Shown: positions 18,944-28,871, counted from the stretch's first letter. The stretch: 64,000 nt of DNA from Syntrophomonadaceae bacterium (GCA_012719535.1 JAAYAC010000146.1:10337-74336); one strand, 5' to 3'. Notes: generated from the sequence alone by a model not told the origin. Numbers and translations are program-made.

Positions 18944-20145
18944 TCGTTCGCCCACTCCTTTAAAGCCGTCTTTAAGATATCCAGGGCCGCGTCAAGCTCT
19001 TCCCCGGTTATGGTATACGGGGGGAGAAACCTGAGTACACGGGGACCTGCCGAGATAAGGAGTAGCCCTTTTTGCAAGCATAGGTCCACCAGGGGCTTTA
19101 CCTCCCGGGTAAACTCCACCCCCAGCATCAAACCCAGGCCCCTCACCTGTACCACGTCGTCTCTTCCTGCAACCAGAGCCGTAACTTGCTGGTGCAGGTA
19201 GCCGCCCATCCGGGCTACATTCTCCAGAACTCCCGAGTTGACAATGATATCTATCACCCGGCCCGCCACAGCACAGGCCAGGGGATTCCCGCCGAAAGTG
19301 GAAGCGTGGTCTCCGGGGGCAAAGGCCCGGGCCACCTCCTCCCTCGCCAGCAGTGCCCCGATGGGGAAGCCCCCACCCAGTGATTTGGCCAGGGTAACCG
19401 CGTCCGGTTCAATCCCGTAGTGCTGGTAGGCGAACACCTGCCCGGTGCGGCCCATCCCGCATTGAACCTCGTCCAGTACTAGAAGAAGCCCATGCCTATC
19501 GCACAGCTCGCGAAGGCCCTTCATAAACCCGGGGTCGGCCGGGTTGACTCCCCCTTCCCCTTGAACCGGTTCAACTATAATCGCCCCCGTGTTATCCCCC
19601 AGTAGTGCCTTTACGGAATCCAGGTCATTAAAATCGGCGTACTTGAACCCCGGCACCAGCGGAGTAAAGCCCCGGTGGTATTTCTCCTGTCCGGTGGCGG
19701 TGAGGGCACCCAGAGTCCGACCGTGAAATGAATTGTTAAAGACGATGATCTCGCAGCCGGGTTTTCCCTGCCGGCTCCAGTACTTACGCACCAGCTTGAT
19801 AGCAGCTTCATTGGCCTCCGCGCCGCTATTGGCAAAAAAAGCCTTATCCAACCCGGAATACTGGCAGAGCTTGGCGGCCAATTCCACCTGGGGTTCTATC
19901 CAATAGAGGTTGGAGCAATGCCAGAGAGTCTCTGCCTGCTTGTGCAAGGCCTCAAGCAATTCGGCATGGGCGTGTCCCAGGCCGCATACCGCCAGCCCGC
20001 TGGTCAGGTCGAGGTACTCCTTGCCATCAGCATCCCATACCCGGGCGCCCTTTCCCTGTACCAGCGCTACAGGGAAACGCCCATAAGTGTTCATAACATA
20101 TTGCTGTCCTTTTTGTATTACGGCTTCGTTACTAATCAACCTCAC
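18940..20145 (-). CDS. argD: acetylornithine aminotransferase
   Basis: 401 aa class III PLP aminotransferase with the motifs LVLDEVQCGMGRTG and TLAKSLGGGFP. Confidence 0.93.
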   Translation of the reverse strand: MRLISNEAVIQKGQQYVMNTYGRFPVALVQGKGARVWDADGKEYLDLTSGLAVCGLGHAHAELLEALHKQAETLWHCSNLYWIEPQVELAAKLCQYSGLDKAFFANSGAEANEAAIKLVRKYWSRQGKPGCEIIVFNNSFHGRTLGALTATGQEKYHRGFTPLVPGFKYADFNDLDSVKALLGDNTGAIIVEPVQGEGGVNPADPGFMKGLRELCDRHGLLLVLDEVQCGMGRTGQVFAYQHYGIEPDAVTLAKSLGGGFPIGALLAREEVARAFAPGDHASTFGGNPLACAVAGRVIDIIVNSGVLENVARMGGYLHQQVTALVAGRDDVVQVRGLGLMLGVEFTREVKPLVDLCLQKGLLLISAGPRVLRFLPPYTITGEELDAALDILKTALKEWANE

Positions 20146-20148
20146 CCC

Positions 20149-21009
20149 CTATCCGTTTACCACCATGCTGCCGATGCCCTCGTCAGTAAATATCTCCAGT
20201 AAGATAGCATGCGGGATACGCCCATCTATGATATGAGTCCGGGCAACACCACCCCGTAAGGCTTGCACGCAACACTCGATCTTGGGGATCATGCCTCCAC
20301 TTACGATTCCGCAATCGACATAGGAATCAACCTCGGAGACCCTGATACGAGAGATACGACTGGCAGGATCGTTCCGGTCCGCCAGGATACCTGGAACATC
20401 GGTCAGCAGGACAAGTTTGTCGGCGCGCAACGCGCTGGCCACCGCCCCCGCCACGTGGTCGGCGTTAATATTGTAACTGTGCTGATCGTCTCCAATCCCC
20501 ACCGGGCTTATGACGGGAATGTAGCCCTTCTCGGTAATGGTCTCGATCAGCTCCGTGTTGATTTCCCTAACTTCCCCCACATAACCCAGCTGTTCCTTAC
20601 CCGGCATCCGCCGGGCCCGAATAAGCATACCGTCCTTGCCTGACAACCCAACCGCCCGGCCCCCGCTCTCGTTCAGCCCAGCCACGATCTCCTTGTTGAT
20701 TTTGCCCACCAGAACCATCTCCACGATCTCCATGGTAGCCTGGTCGGTGACCCGGAGACCATCGACGAAGCGGGTCTCGATACCTACTCGCTGCAGCATA
20801 GTGGTAATGTCAGGGCCTCCCCCGTGGACCACTATCGGGCGCATCCCCACATAATGCATCAGAACGATGTCCTCCATGACCGACTTTTTCAGCCGGCAGT
20901 CAGTCATGGCGCTACCTCCGTACTTCACGACTACGGTCTTTCCGTAAAACTCTTTTATGTAGGGCAGTGCTTCCACCAGTATGCCTGCCTTTTCACACGC
21001 GGTTATCAT
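20149..21009 (-). CDS. argB: acetylglutamate kinase
   Basis: Translation contains [22 protein letters not shown]. The ATG at 21009 has GGGGGG 6 nt upstream. The ORF extends to 21042 (TTG) as an alternative start. Confidence 0.9.
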   Translation of the reverse strand: MITACEKAGILVEALPYIKEFYGKTVVVKYGGSAMTDCRLKKSVMEDIVLMHYVGMRPIVVHGGGPDITTMLQRVGIETRFVDGLRVTDQATMEIVEMVLVGKINKEIVAGLNESGGRAVGLSGKDGMLIRARRMPGKEQLGYVGEVREINTELIETITEKGYIPVISPVGIGDDQHSYNINADHVAGAVASALRADKLVLLTDVPGILADRNDPASRISRIRVSEVDSYVDCGIVSGGMIPKIECCVQALRGGVARTHIIDGRIPHAILLEIFTDEGIGSMVVNG

Positions 21010-21133
21010 TAAATCCCCCCAAGCTTGCCCAATCTCTTTCAATGCAACATGCCGGCTTGCCGTTTCAGCAGTGCTTATGCCCCCCCAGCCTTAAACGGCA
21101 CAACCTGCATTTCACAATTTCAAGCCTGACCCC

Positions 21134-22339
21134 CTAGGTTCTATAGCTGGCGTTGATGGTAACGTAATCGTGGGTGAGGTCACATCCCCAGGCCGTAGCC
21201 GCTGCGGAGCCGTCCTTGAGATTAAGACGGATGCGCACGGTTTCCTGCTGCAACTCCTGCCGCGCCCGGTCCTCGTCAAACACCAATCCCATTCCGTTTT
21301 CGGCTACCTGCACCTCACCCAGGTAGATGTCTACCTTGTCAGGGTCAAAGTCGCCTCCTGAATAACCGGCTGCGCAGATTACCCGCCCCCAGTTGGCATC
21401 CTCGCCAAAGACCGCCGCCTTGGTGAGATTGGATGTGGTTATCGCCCTGGCAATCCGGCGGGCTGCATCCTGGGAGCGGGCATTCACTACCTCCACCGCG
21501 ATGAGGCGGGTGGCCCCCTCCCCATCGCGGGCAATCTTCTTGGCCAATTCAATGTTCACATAGTCAAGAGCCTCCCGGAAAGACTGGTACCCTGCCGACG
21601 TCACATCCTTAATCTCCGGGTTGCCTGCCAGCCCGCTTGACAGAATAACTACCATATCGTTGGTGGAAGTGTCCCCATCCACACTCACCATGTTATAGGA
21701 AACGTCAACCGACTCGCGCAGGGCCTGGCGCAAACACTCCTGGCTAATGTTGACATCCGTAGTGATAAAACTTAGCATCGTTGCCATGTTGGGATGTATC
21801 ATCCCCGAACCCTTGGCTATAGCCCCAATACGAACCGGGTGGCCATCGACATCCACCTGAACCGCGATTTCTTTGGGAACCGTGTCGGTGGTCATGATGG
21901 CCTCGGCAGCGCAATGCGACCCGCCTACGCTCAGGGTACGACAGGCCTGTTTAATACCGGCGCACACCCTGTCCATAGGCATGGGAACGCCGATAACACC
22001 GGTTGATGCTACAATAACATCAGCATCATCAATGTGTAGCACCCGGGCAACCGTTTCCGCCATCAGCCGGGTATCCGCCTCTCCCTGCGGACCGGTACAG
22101 GCATTGGCATTCCCGCTGTTGGCCACAATGGCCCGGGCATACCCGTCGGCGAGTACGCTCTGGTTATAGGTGATACAGGAAGCCCGTACCTTGTTGGTGG
22201 TAAACATCCCGGCCGCACGGCATCGCTTAGCGGCGAAAATTACTGCTACATCTTTCTTATCCTTCTTCTTTATTTCCGCACATACCCCCTGGGCGAGAAA
22301 CCCCTGGGGTGCGCATAGTCCATTCTTAAGTAATTCCAT
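21134..22339 (-). CDS. argJ: bifunctional ornithine acetyltransferase / N-acetylglutamate synthase
   Basis: 401 aa. The autoproteolytic site context is PNMATMLSFITTD. Confidence 0.93.
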   Translation of the reverse strand: MELLKNGLCAPQGFLAQGVCAEIKKKDKKDVAVIFAAKRCRAAGMFTTNKVRASCITYNQSVLADGYARAIVANSGNANACTGPQGEADTRLMAETVARVLHIDDADVIVASTGVIGVPMPMDRVCAGIKQACRTLSVGGSHCAAEAIMTTDTVPKEIAVQVDVDGHPVRIGAIAKGSGMIHPNMATMLSFITTDVNISQECLRQALRESVDVSYNMVSVDGDTSTNDMVVILSSGLAGNPEIKDVTSAGYQSFREALDYVNIELAKKIARDGEGATRLIAVEVVNARSQDAARRIARAITTSNLTKAAVFGEDANWGRVICAAGYSGGDFDPDKVDIYLGEVQVAENGMGLVFDEDRARQELQQETVRIRLNLKDGSAAATAWGCDLTHDYVTINASYRT

Positions 22340-22356
22340 GTTCCTTATCCTCCCTT

Positions 22357-23415
22357 TTACGGAAAGATGCCGCCGAACTTCAGTCCCTCGGTTTCCTCCA
22401 CGCCAAACATGAGATTGAAATTCTGGATGGCCTGGCCTGAAGCCCCTTTAGTCAGGTTATCCAGAGCCGAGATAACAATCACCTTGCCCTTCACCTCATC
22501 AATAAACAGGCCTATATCCAGGAAGTTGCTGCCGTAAACCCATCTAGTATGCGGGGATACCCCCTCTGGCAACATCCTGATAAAATACTCCCCCGCATAT
22601 TGGTCATGAAAGGCATCCCTCACTTGCGACGCAGTCACTCCCGGCCGCAATCGTGCGTAGGCGGTAGTCAGTATGCCCCTGCTCATGGGGATGAGGTGGG
22701 GAGTAAATGTAACCTCCACATCCTGTCCGGCAACCAGGCTCAGTTCCTGGACTATCTCGGGTAGGTGCCGGTGGTTGCCTACCCCGTACGCTTTAACCCC
22801 TTCGTTCACCTCACAGAAGTGGCGGGTAAGCTTCAAACTCCTCCCAGCGCCCGATACCCCGCTTTTGGAATCGACAATTATTCCTTCAGTGGCAATGAGC
22901 CCGTTTCTTAACAAGGGAGCTAGGGCCAGAATAGCCCCGGTAGGGAAACATCCCGGATTAGCAACCACCCTGGCTTCACGCACGCGGGAACGGTATAACT
23001 CGGGCAAACCGTACACGGCCGATTTCAGCATGTCCGGCGCCTCATGCACTACTTCATAGTACTCCTCATACACCCGGGGATCCTGGAGCCGGAAATCGGC
23101 CCCCAGGTCAATACACCTCACGCCGGCTTCGACGAGCTCTTTGACCACCGGGACAGACAACCCGTGAGGCAGGGCCAGAAACACTGCCTGGCACTCCTGT
23201 TTCATTCGGTTAAGGTCGGTTTGTTCACACCTGGCTTCCGTAAAACGGAGCAGGTGCGGATAGACCTCGACAATATCTTTCCCAATGTTCTCGGTAGAAA
23301 AAACGATTACCGCCCGGGCATCCCTATGCCCTCCCAGTATCCGCAGCAAATCGGCGGCAGTGTAACCGTCCCCGATTATTCCTACCGGTATCACATTCAT
23401 TACCTCCCTGTTCAT
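22357..23415 (-). CDS. argC: N-acetyl-gamma-glutamyl-phosphate reductase
   Basis: About 350 aa with the active-site region VANPGCFPT. The start is ambiguous: ATG 23415, ATG 23400 or GTG 23394 around a GGGAGG SD. Confidence 0.92.
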   Translation of the reverse strand: MNREVMNVIPVGIIGDGYTAADLLRILGGHRDARAVIVFSTENIGKDIVEVYPHLLRFTEARCEQTDLNRMKQECQAVFLALPHGLSVPVVKELVEAGVRCIDLGADFRLQDPRVYEEYYEVVHEAPDMLKSAVYGLPELYRSRVREARVVANPGCFPTGAILALAPLLRNGLIATEGIIVDSKSGVSGAGRSLKLTRHFCEVNEGVKAYGVGNHRHLPEIVQELSLVAGQDVEVTFTPHLIPMSRGILTTAYARLRPGVTASQVRDAFHDQYAGEYFIRMLPEGVSPHTRWVYGSNFLDIGLFIDEVKGKVIVISALDNLTKGASGQAIQNFNLMFGVEETEGLKFGGIFP

Positions 23416-23447
23416 GCAAAAGTAGAACTCCGGGCGATTACCTAATA

Positions 23448-23476
23448 ATTATACATATCGCCGCATATCCTTGCAA
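23448..23476 (-). promoter_or_regulatory. sigma-A promoter of the arg operon with an overlapping ARG-box-like site
   Basis: TTGCAA (23471-23476), a 17-nt spacer, then TATAAT (23448-23453) on the minus strand. TGTATAATTATTAG (23442-23455) matches 11 of 14 positions of the TGAATWWWWATTCA ArgR/AhrC half-site consensus as I recall it. Confidence 0.6.
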
Positions 23477-23595
23477 TACTTTCTTGGCCGTTTACCAGCA
23501 CATAACTTTCCCCTCTAGCAAGAATTATTTACCCACAAACCTTTTGCCTGGCGGTATTAGGGCATTTCAGGCTACAATCTTCATGATGCGGGTAA

Positions 23596-24299
23596 CCGGT
23601 TATCCTCTATCTTAAAGACCACCGGGGCATCGGCATGGTTACCGGCGAGGCCGGTTCGGGTAAGACTTCTTCTTTACGGGCTCTGGCGGCTTCTTTGCAT
23701 CCTTCTTTGTACAGGGTGGTGTATTTCCCCCTGTCTACCATCACCGTGAATGATTTCTACCGGGGCCTGGCTTTTAATCTGGACCTGGAGGCCACTTTCC
23801 GCAAGGTGGATTTGTTCAAGCAGATTCAGGAGGCTATTCAAGGCCTGTACTTTGAGAGAAAGGTGGTTCCGGTTATTATCCTGGATGAGCTGCAGCTGGC
23901 CAGCACTTATTTTTTGAGCGATTTGTACCTTTTGTTTAATTTTTCGCTGGATTCTGTTAACCCGTTTGTGCTTATCCTGTGTGGGATGCCTCATCTGGCT
24001 ACCAAGCTGTCTATCAACCACCAGCAGCCTTTGCAGCAGAGGCTCATTATGCGCTACAAGATGCAGCCCCTGGCCCGCGAGGAGACCAGGGGTTACCTGG
24101 AGCATGAGATGAATCAGGCTGGAGCTAAATACCCGGTCTTGGCCGATACGGCCATAAAGGCTATGGCACGGTGAGCCGGGGCCGGCCGCGCTTAATCAAC
24201 AACCTGGCTACCACCAGCCTGATCTACGAATGCCAAAAGGGGCTTAAATACATCGATGAGGAGGCGGTCCGCCAGGCTGCCGCCGAACTGGGTTTGTGA
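23596..24299 (+). pseudogene. ExeA/TniB-like AAA+ transposition ATPase, 5'-truncated and frameshifted
   Basis: Walker A motif is GEAGSGKTS and Walker B is VIILDELQ. The reading frame ends at 24174. The expected C-terminus (GRPRLINNLATTSLIYECQKGLKYIDEEAVRQAAAELGL) continues in another frame from 24180 to 24299. Only about 13 in-frame codons precede the annotated Met before a stop at 23593. Confidence 0.75.
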
Positions 24300-24359
24300 T
24301 CCCCGGGGCTTGGGTGCCCCCTGGCCCCCCCCTTTTCTTTCTTCATGATGATGACCTGT

Positions 24360-24494
24360 TTAATTTGCAAGACATCAAATTCGCCAATGTGCCAATAGCC
24401 AGGACAAACAATGCGCAGTTCTTGCACATTCTATGAAAAAATCAAGCCCGTCTATCGTGCAAATGCAAGGGGATAAAGATCGTGCAAGGCTACA
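24360..24494 (+). mobile_element. probable right end of the decayed transposon (reiterated TGCAA-core sites, ends in CA)
   Basis: Reiterated motifs TTTGCAAGAC, TCTTGCACAT, ATCGTGCAAATGCAAGG and ATCGTGCAAGGCTACA lie downstream of the ATPase pseudogene. Homology to group II intron sequence starts immediately after about 24494. Confidence 0.4.
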
Positions 24495-24635
24495 TTTTGC
24501 CGCCGGCTTCCTTCAGCACCCAGCTGCGGCGGGTACCCGGCGTCGCCACGGACACCCTTGTCTTAAGCTAACGGCTACTGCTACCTTCACCGTTCGGGAC
24601 TTTCACCCGTAAGCCTTCGCCCGTGCCGGGCGCAC
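24495..24635 (-). mobile_element. group IIC intron 5' fragment (domain I start)
   Basis: Minus strand reads GTGCGCCCGGCACGGGCGAAGGCTTACGGGTGAAAGTCCCGAACGGTGAAGGTAGCAGTAGCCGTTAGCTTAAGACAAGGGTGTCCGTGGCGAC...GAAGGAAGCCGGCGGCAAA. This closely parallels the 5' end of the Oceanobacillus iheyensis group IIC intron as I remember it (GUGUGCCCGGCAUGGGUG...GGGUGAGAGUCCCGAACUGUGAAGGCAG...CAAGGGUGUCCGUGGCGAC...GAAGGAAGCGGACGGCAAA). No domain V or reverse-transcriptase ORF follows. Confidence 0.7.
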
Positions 24636-24640
24636 CACAA

Positions 24641-24668
24641 GAAAAAAGCAGGCTTCGGCCTGCTTTTA
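24641..24668 (-). terminator. rho-independent terminator of the SatP-like gene
   Basis: Minus strand reads AAAAGCAGGC-CGAA-GCCTGCTTTTTTC, about 50 nt after the stop codon. Confidence 0.85.
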
Positions 24669-24717
24669 TCTCTGCTTTTATTTATCTATATCAAACTGCA
24701 GTAGATGGCTGAACTTG

Positions 24718-25314
24718 CTACTTGATAACTGGGCCTCCCAGTGGGAGTATGGTCTTGCCAAAACTACCGTTAAGAATTATTCCGGCGGCCACATATATGC
24801 CAAAAATACCCGCCAACAGCAGCATGTTCCCGGCAATAGCACTGTAACTGGCACCCAGTATTCCCAGGTCCCTAAAGGCCACGATTGGGCAGGCCACGTC
24901 AAGAGCAATAACCACCATGTTCAAGGCTAGGGGCGCAGTCTTAAGATAGCCAAAAGTCCAGATAATCAAGGTAATCGACAATACCAGCCATGCCCAGCCA
25001 TCGATTCTGGCATCAATCGTCCACCCGTTCACAGCCCCGGCATACTTAACAAAGAACTCCAGACCTCCGGTAAGCATGAAGAACGCCGCAAAGAAAGTAA
25101 ATACGTTACCACCCAGTAGGTTGCCTTCAAGGATTTCAACGATCCCTACAATAAGCTGGACTATGAAACCACCGATTAGCCAACAGCCTAACAGAGGAAT
25201 ACAAGAATGGTCCACTTTACCTGTTAGAACAGCGTAAAACGTGAAGCACGCTATCGCTAGCGCGGTCAAACCTGCCGGGCCTGGATTTGCCCATCCACCA
25301 CCATGTCCTGACAT
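24718..25314 (-). CDS. acetate/succinate transporter, GPR1/FUN34/YaaH (SatP) family
   Basis: 198 aa, six predicted TM segments, N-terminal NPGPAGL motif (family consensus NPAPLGL). SD GGAGGGG upstream. Confidence 0.75.
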   Translation of the reverse strand: MSGHGGGWANPGPAGLTALAIACFTFYAVLTGKVDHSCIPLLGCWLIGGFIVQLIVGIVEILEGNLLGGNVFTFFAAFFMLTGGLEFFVKYAGAVNGWTIDARIDGWAWLVLSITLIIWTFGYLKTAPLALNMVVIALDVACPIVAFRDLGILGASYSAIAGNMLLLAGIFGIYVAAGIILNGSFGKTILPLGGPVIK

Positions 25315-25449
25315 TACAAACCCCTCCTTCTAAAATACTTACGTCTCTGTACACGATCCGCTCCAAGGTTCTGTTTGAAGATAGCCCTCCTTTCCTCAGG
25401 ATATTTTTTATGGTAAAGGATGTCTCCTTTTACCACCGTGAACCGTGTA

Positions 25450-26232
25450 CTACTTACCTTTGAACTCGGGCTTTCTCTTATCGATAAACGCCTTCATTCC
25501 CTCTTTCTGGTCTTCAGTAGCAAAACACAGGCCAAACAGGTCGGCCTCAAAGGTCATACCCCTGTCGATATCGGTTTGCATTCCCTCATTAATAGCTTTC
25601 TTACAGAAGCGTACAGCTATTTGCCCCTTGCTAGCAATCTTCTTGGCTACCTTCTTGGCGTAGTCCATCAATTCGTCAGCCGGTACCACATGGTTGACCA
25701 AGCCAATGCGCAGGGCCTCATTGGCGTCAATTATGTCCGCTGTATAACACAGTTCTTTGGCCATTCCTTCGCCTACCAGGCGCGGCAACCGCTGGGTTCC
25801 GCCATAGCCCGGAGTTATACCCAATCCTACCTCCGGTTGTCCGAACTTGGCTGCATCGGACGCTATCCGGAAGTCACAGCACATGGCCAATTCGCAGCCA
25901 CCCCCTAGGGCAAAACCATTAACTGCCGCTATAACCGGTTTATCCAGCGTCTCGATCTTGCGGAATACTCTCTGCCCCAGCATGCCAAAAGCTCTTCCCT
26001 CCATGGCATTGAGCGGCTGCATAAAGGTTATGTCGGCACCGGCGACAAAGGCTTTACCCGCCCCGGTAATGATGAGCACATCCACCTCCGCATCAGCGGC
26101 TACCATGTCGACAGCCTTGTCGATATCATTCAATGTGTCGGCGTTCAGGGCGTTTAAAGCTTTGGGACGGTTAACGGTAAGTACGGCGATATTGCCCTCT
26201 TTCTCCAACAATACGTTTGCAAGCTCCACCAC
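25450..26232 (-). CDS. enoyl-CoA hydratase (crotonase family)
   Basis: 260 aa. Oxyanion-hole motifs are ITGAGKAFVAGADI and AVNGFALGGGCELAMCCDFRIA. Confidence 0.88.
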   Translation of the reverse strand: MVELANVLLEKEGNIAVLTVNRPKALNALNADTLNDIDKAVDMVAADAEVDVLIITGAGKAFVAGADITFMQPLNAMEGRAFGMLGQRVFRKIETLDKPVIAAVNGFALGGGCELAMCCDFRIASDAAKFGQPEVGLGITPGYGGTQRLPRLVGEGMAKELCYTADIIDANEALRIGLVNHVVPADELMDYAKKVAKKIASKGQIAVRFCKKAINEGMQTDIDRGMTFEADLFGLCFATEDQKEGMKAFIDKRKPEFKGK

Positions 26233-26466
26233 AAATTACCTCCTTAATATCTATTGTTTCTGGTGTTAGGGTATGCAGCGGCGGTTGGCACTGGTAGGTA
26301 ATGATAGGTTTGATATTTATTATATGTAGCTTTCAAAACTAGCTGCTTACCCTAACGTCCTATTCGCCATTACTCCGCAAAATCCTTCTACTAATTAAAG
26401 AATTTTTCACCAGCTCCTGGCAACTGGGAATAATCAGGCTAGATACCAGTACCTCCCTCGAGAAAA

Positions 26467-27465
26467 TCAAGCTTTATACGCCACAACTGCTCCGCACGCG
26501 GAGCAATGCCCGTCTTTTTCCCCCGTGATGCTGGTAAGGTACCCGTCCCGGCGGATAAGGACATTGCCACAGCTGGGACATCGCGTGTTATTGTCAAAGC
26601 CACCTATGTTACCTACATAAACATAGTTCAAAAACCGACGGGCAATCTCCCGGGCCGCTGCTAGCGACTCAACCGGAGTGGGAGGCAGGCGAAATCGGTA
26701 GGCGGGATGATAGCGGGAGAGATGAAGTACCAGGTTCGGGTCCAGGGAGGCCAACCAGGTGGCCAGTTTTTCTATCTCTCCCGGGCTATCATTAAGACCT
26801 GGCACCAGCAAGGTAGTGACTTCGACGTGGGTTTGTTCCCGGCAAAGTTCGATCGTCCTCATGACCGGAGCCAGCCGACCCCGGCAGGTGTGCCGGTAGA
26901 AACTTTCGTTGAAGGCTTTAAGGTCGATGTTCATGGCATCTATGTATGGCAGCAGTTCGCGCAGTGGTTCCTCCTCAATATAACCGTTGGTAACCAGAAC
27001 ATTCTTGAGTCCCTGGCAATGAGCCAGCCGCGCGGTATCCAGCACGTATTCATACCACATACCCGGCTCCGAGTAGGTGTAGGCGAGCCCGAGCGAACCC
27101 TGTTCGCGAACCTCTACGGCCGTCGCTACCAGCTGCTTGGGGCTGGCATAAGACGTTGGAGGGGTACCGTGAGCCAGGGAATAGTTTTGACAGAAGCCAC
27201 AAGCCAGGTTGCAGCCTGTGGTACCCACAGACAGGATGTTACGGCCGGGGAAGAAATGATAAAGCGGCTTCTTTTCCACTGGATCAATCGCGATAGCCCC
27301 AATTTCGCCATAGTTCAGGGTATACAGTTCCCCGCCCTCGTTCTTGCGTACCCGGCACAGGCCCACTTCACCCTCCTTGATCCTGCAACCATGGGGGCAC
27401 AGGTCGCACTGAACCCGGTTGTCCCTGTTACGTTCATGCCAGAACAGTGCTTTTCTCCTAGCCAT
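26467..27465 (-). CDS. radical SAM enzyme of the AmmeMemoRadiSam type (PFL-activase-like)
   Basis: 332 aa. The CNLACGFCQN cluster motif is CxxxCxxC. There is an additional N-terminal CDLCPHGC and a C-terminal CPSCG...CSACG. It lies 2 nt downstream of the AMMECR1 fusion gene. Confidence 0.8.
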   Translation of the reverse strand: MARRKALFWHERNRDNRVQCDLCPHGCRIKEGEVGLCRVRKNEGGELYTLNYGEIGAIAIDPVEKKPLYHFFPGRNILSVGTTGCNLACGFCQNYSLAHGTPPTSYASPKQLVATAVEVREQGSLGLAYTYSEPGMWYEYVLDTARLAHCQGLKNVLVTNGYIEEEPLRELLPYIDAMNIDLKAFNESFYRHTCRGRLAPVMRTIELCREQTHVEVTTLLVPGLNDSPGEIEKLATWLASLDPNLVLHLSRYHPAYRFRLPPTPVESLAAAREIARRFLNYVYVGNIGGFDNNTRCPSCGNVLIRRDGYLTSITGEKDGHCSACGAVVAYKA

Positions 27466-27467
27466 GC

Positions 27468-28871
27468 TTATTTGTACCTCTTCACCTCGAACCGTTCTAT
27501 GGTGTATGGTTCCTCCGGGCTGATGCCGGCCTTTTGTAAGGCGATGCGCAATTGCTCGGCGACCGTGTCAACCCCTTCCAGGTCCGGCAGCAGGACACCC
27601 ACTCGCCCGTCACAGCGCACGATCACCCCGTACTTGCGCGCATCCAGCTCGTCGACACTCTTGGCCGGCTCGGGAGGTGTCAAGACATCCACGGAATAAA
27701 CCAGCTCGTCCAGTTCATCCACGGTGACCGGGGTGAAGCGGTAGTCCCTGGTCCCGGCGCTTATTGCGTTTTCCCTTATCTCCAGGGCCAGGTTATCCTG
27801 AGCCGGCCAAATGGTGCCGATGCATCCGCGCAGTTGCCCCCCTTTTTTCAAGGAAACAAAGACTCCGGCTGATTTCCTCAGCTCGTCCGGCAGGTCCGGA
27901 GGCAAGTGAACCTTCTTGTTTTCACGGATGAAGGTCTCCAGGCTCTGACGCGCCCACCTCACCAGAGGCGACTCCTGGTGCCTCGTTCGTTCTATTTCCT
28001 CGCGCCGCGCCTCTTCCAGCAGGGGCAGGAGTTCCCGGGCCTGGCTTGCACCTGCGGGAGTAAATCCAGCCGTGAGATAACCCACCCCGAACGGCCCCTC
28101 GTAAGAAAAAACCCGGCTGGATAAATCCCGGCCGTCCATGGCTCCCAGCAAAATCACCAGAGAACGGTAACCACACTCACCGGCATTCTCCGCGAGCGCG
28201 GGAGGAACCCGCAAAATTCCAATAACATCCCCTTGCTCGAGCAGCTCCTTTATCTTGTGGTCAAAGACCTTGCCGTCCGGGTGGTATGAATACGGGCCCC
28301 GGTCAAGCAAGCGATGGGACATATCCCCCGAGGCAATAACTGCTACGCGGCGTGGTACTGCAGCCGCCGCCCGGGCAATTGCCATCCCAAACGAGTAAAG
28401 TTCCTCCCTGGGGAGGAAGCCGATAGAGATAGCTACCACCCGTGTCTTCGTCAAACCCGCCTTGTCCAGGTAATACAATGGAACCAATACCCCGTGGTCC
28501 AGGCGATGATTCAGCCCGTGCCGGTCTGCCAGGTCCTCGTCCACCCCTAACAGGTCGAGTTCGGAACGGGCTGCTTCTTTAAACAATGCCTGCAGCAATT
28601 CCGGATCGGAGGGGTGAGAACTTTTCACCTCCGGGTGACCGAAATCAGCCAGGTCCCCCTCGCTGGCCGGTGTGGTCAGGACAGATAAAACGTCACGGAA
28701 AACATTGCCGTGGGGAGTAATAAAGACCAGGGTGTCCGGTTGACTGCGTTGTACCTCCCTCGCCAGCATCTTGACTCCTTCGACCGTAACCCGAGCTTCA
28801 TCCAATTGCTGCTGGCCCACCTCTGGAATAATGATAGGGGGGTGTGGCATCAAGGCTCCATATACGATCAT
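27468..28871 (-). CDS. fusion of a LigB/Memo-like class III dioxygenase-fold domain with an AMMECR1 domain
   Basis: 467 aa. The N-terminal part (MIVYGALMPHPPIIIPEVG...ITPHG...SGDMSH) resembles the extradiol dioxygenase class III fold. The C-terminal 190 aa carry the AMMECR1 signature GVFVSLKKGGQLRGCIGT. Its start overlaps the cwlD stop by 4 nt. Confidence 0.8.
   Translation of the reverse strand: MIVYGALMPHPPIIIPEVGQQQLDEARVTVEGVKMLAREVQRSQPDTLVFITPHGNVFRDVLSVLTTPASEGDLADFGHPEVKSSHPSDPELLQALFKEAARSELDLLGVDEDLADRHGLNHRLDHGVLVPLYYLDKAGLTKTRVVAISIGFLPREELYSFGMAIARAAAAVPRRVAVIASGDMSHRLLDRGPYSYHPDGKVFDHKIKELLEQGDVIGILRVPPALAENAGECGYRSLVILLGAMDGRDLSSRVFSYEGPFGVGYLTAGFTPAGASQARELLPLLEEARREEIERTRHQESPLVRWARQSLETFIRENKKVHLPPDLPDELRKSAGVFVSLKKGGQLRGCIGTIWPAQDNLALEIRENAISAGTRDYRFTPVTVDELDELVYSVDVLTPPEPAKSVDELDARKYGVIVRCDGRVGVLLPDLEGVDTVAEQLRIALQKAGISPEEPYTIERFEVKRYK

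Noticed and set aside
23463-23480. Possible left end of the decayed transposon overlapping the arg -35 element. CATATCCTTGCAATACT here is compared with the reverse complement of the putative right end, TGTAGCCTTGCACGATC.
   Set aside because: Only 10 of 17 positions match, essentially the CCTTGCA core. There is no matching target-site duplication, and no intron sequence resumes on the far side. This is too weak to call.
25398-25425. Hairpin GGTAAAGGATGTCTCCTTTTACC between the crotonase and SatP-like genes, considered as a terminator.
   Set aside because: The stem is imperfect, and neither strand has a U-run immediately 3' of the stem. The A/T tract is on the wrong side for the minus-strand transcript.
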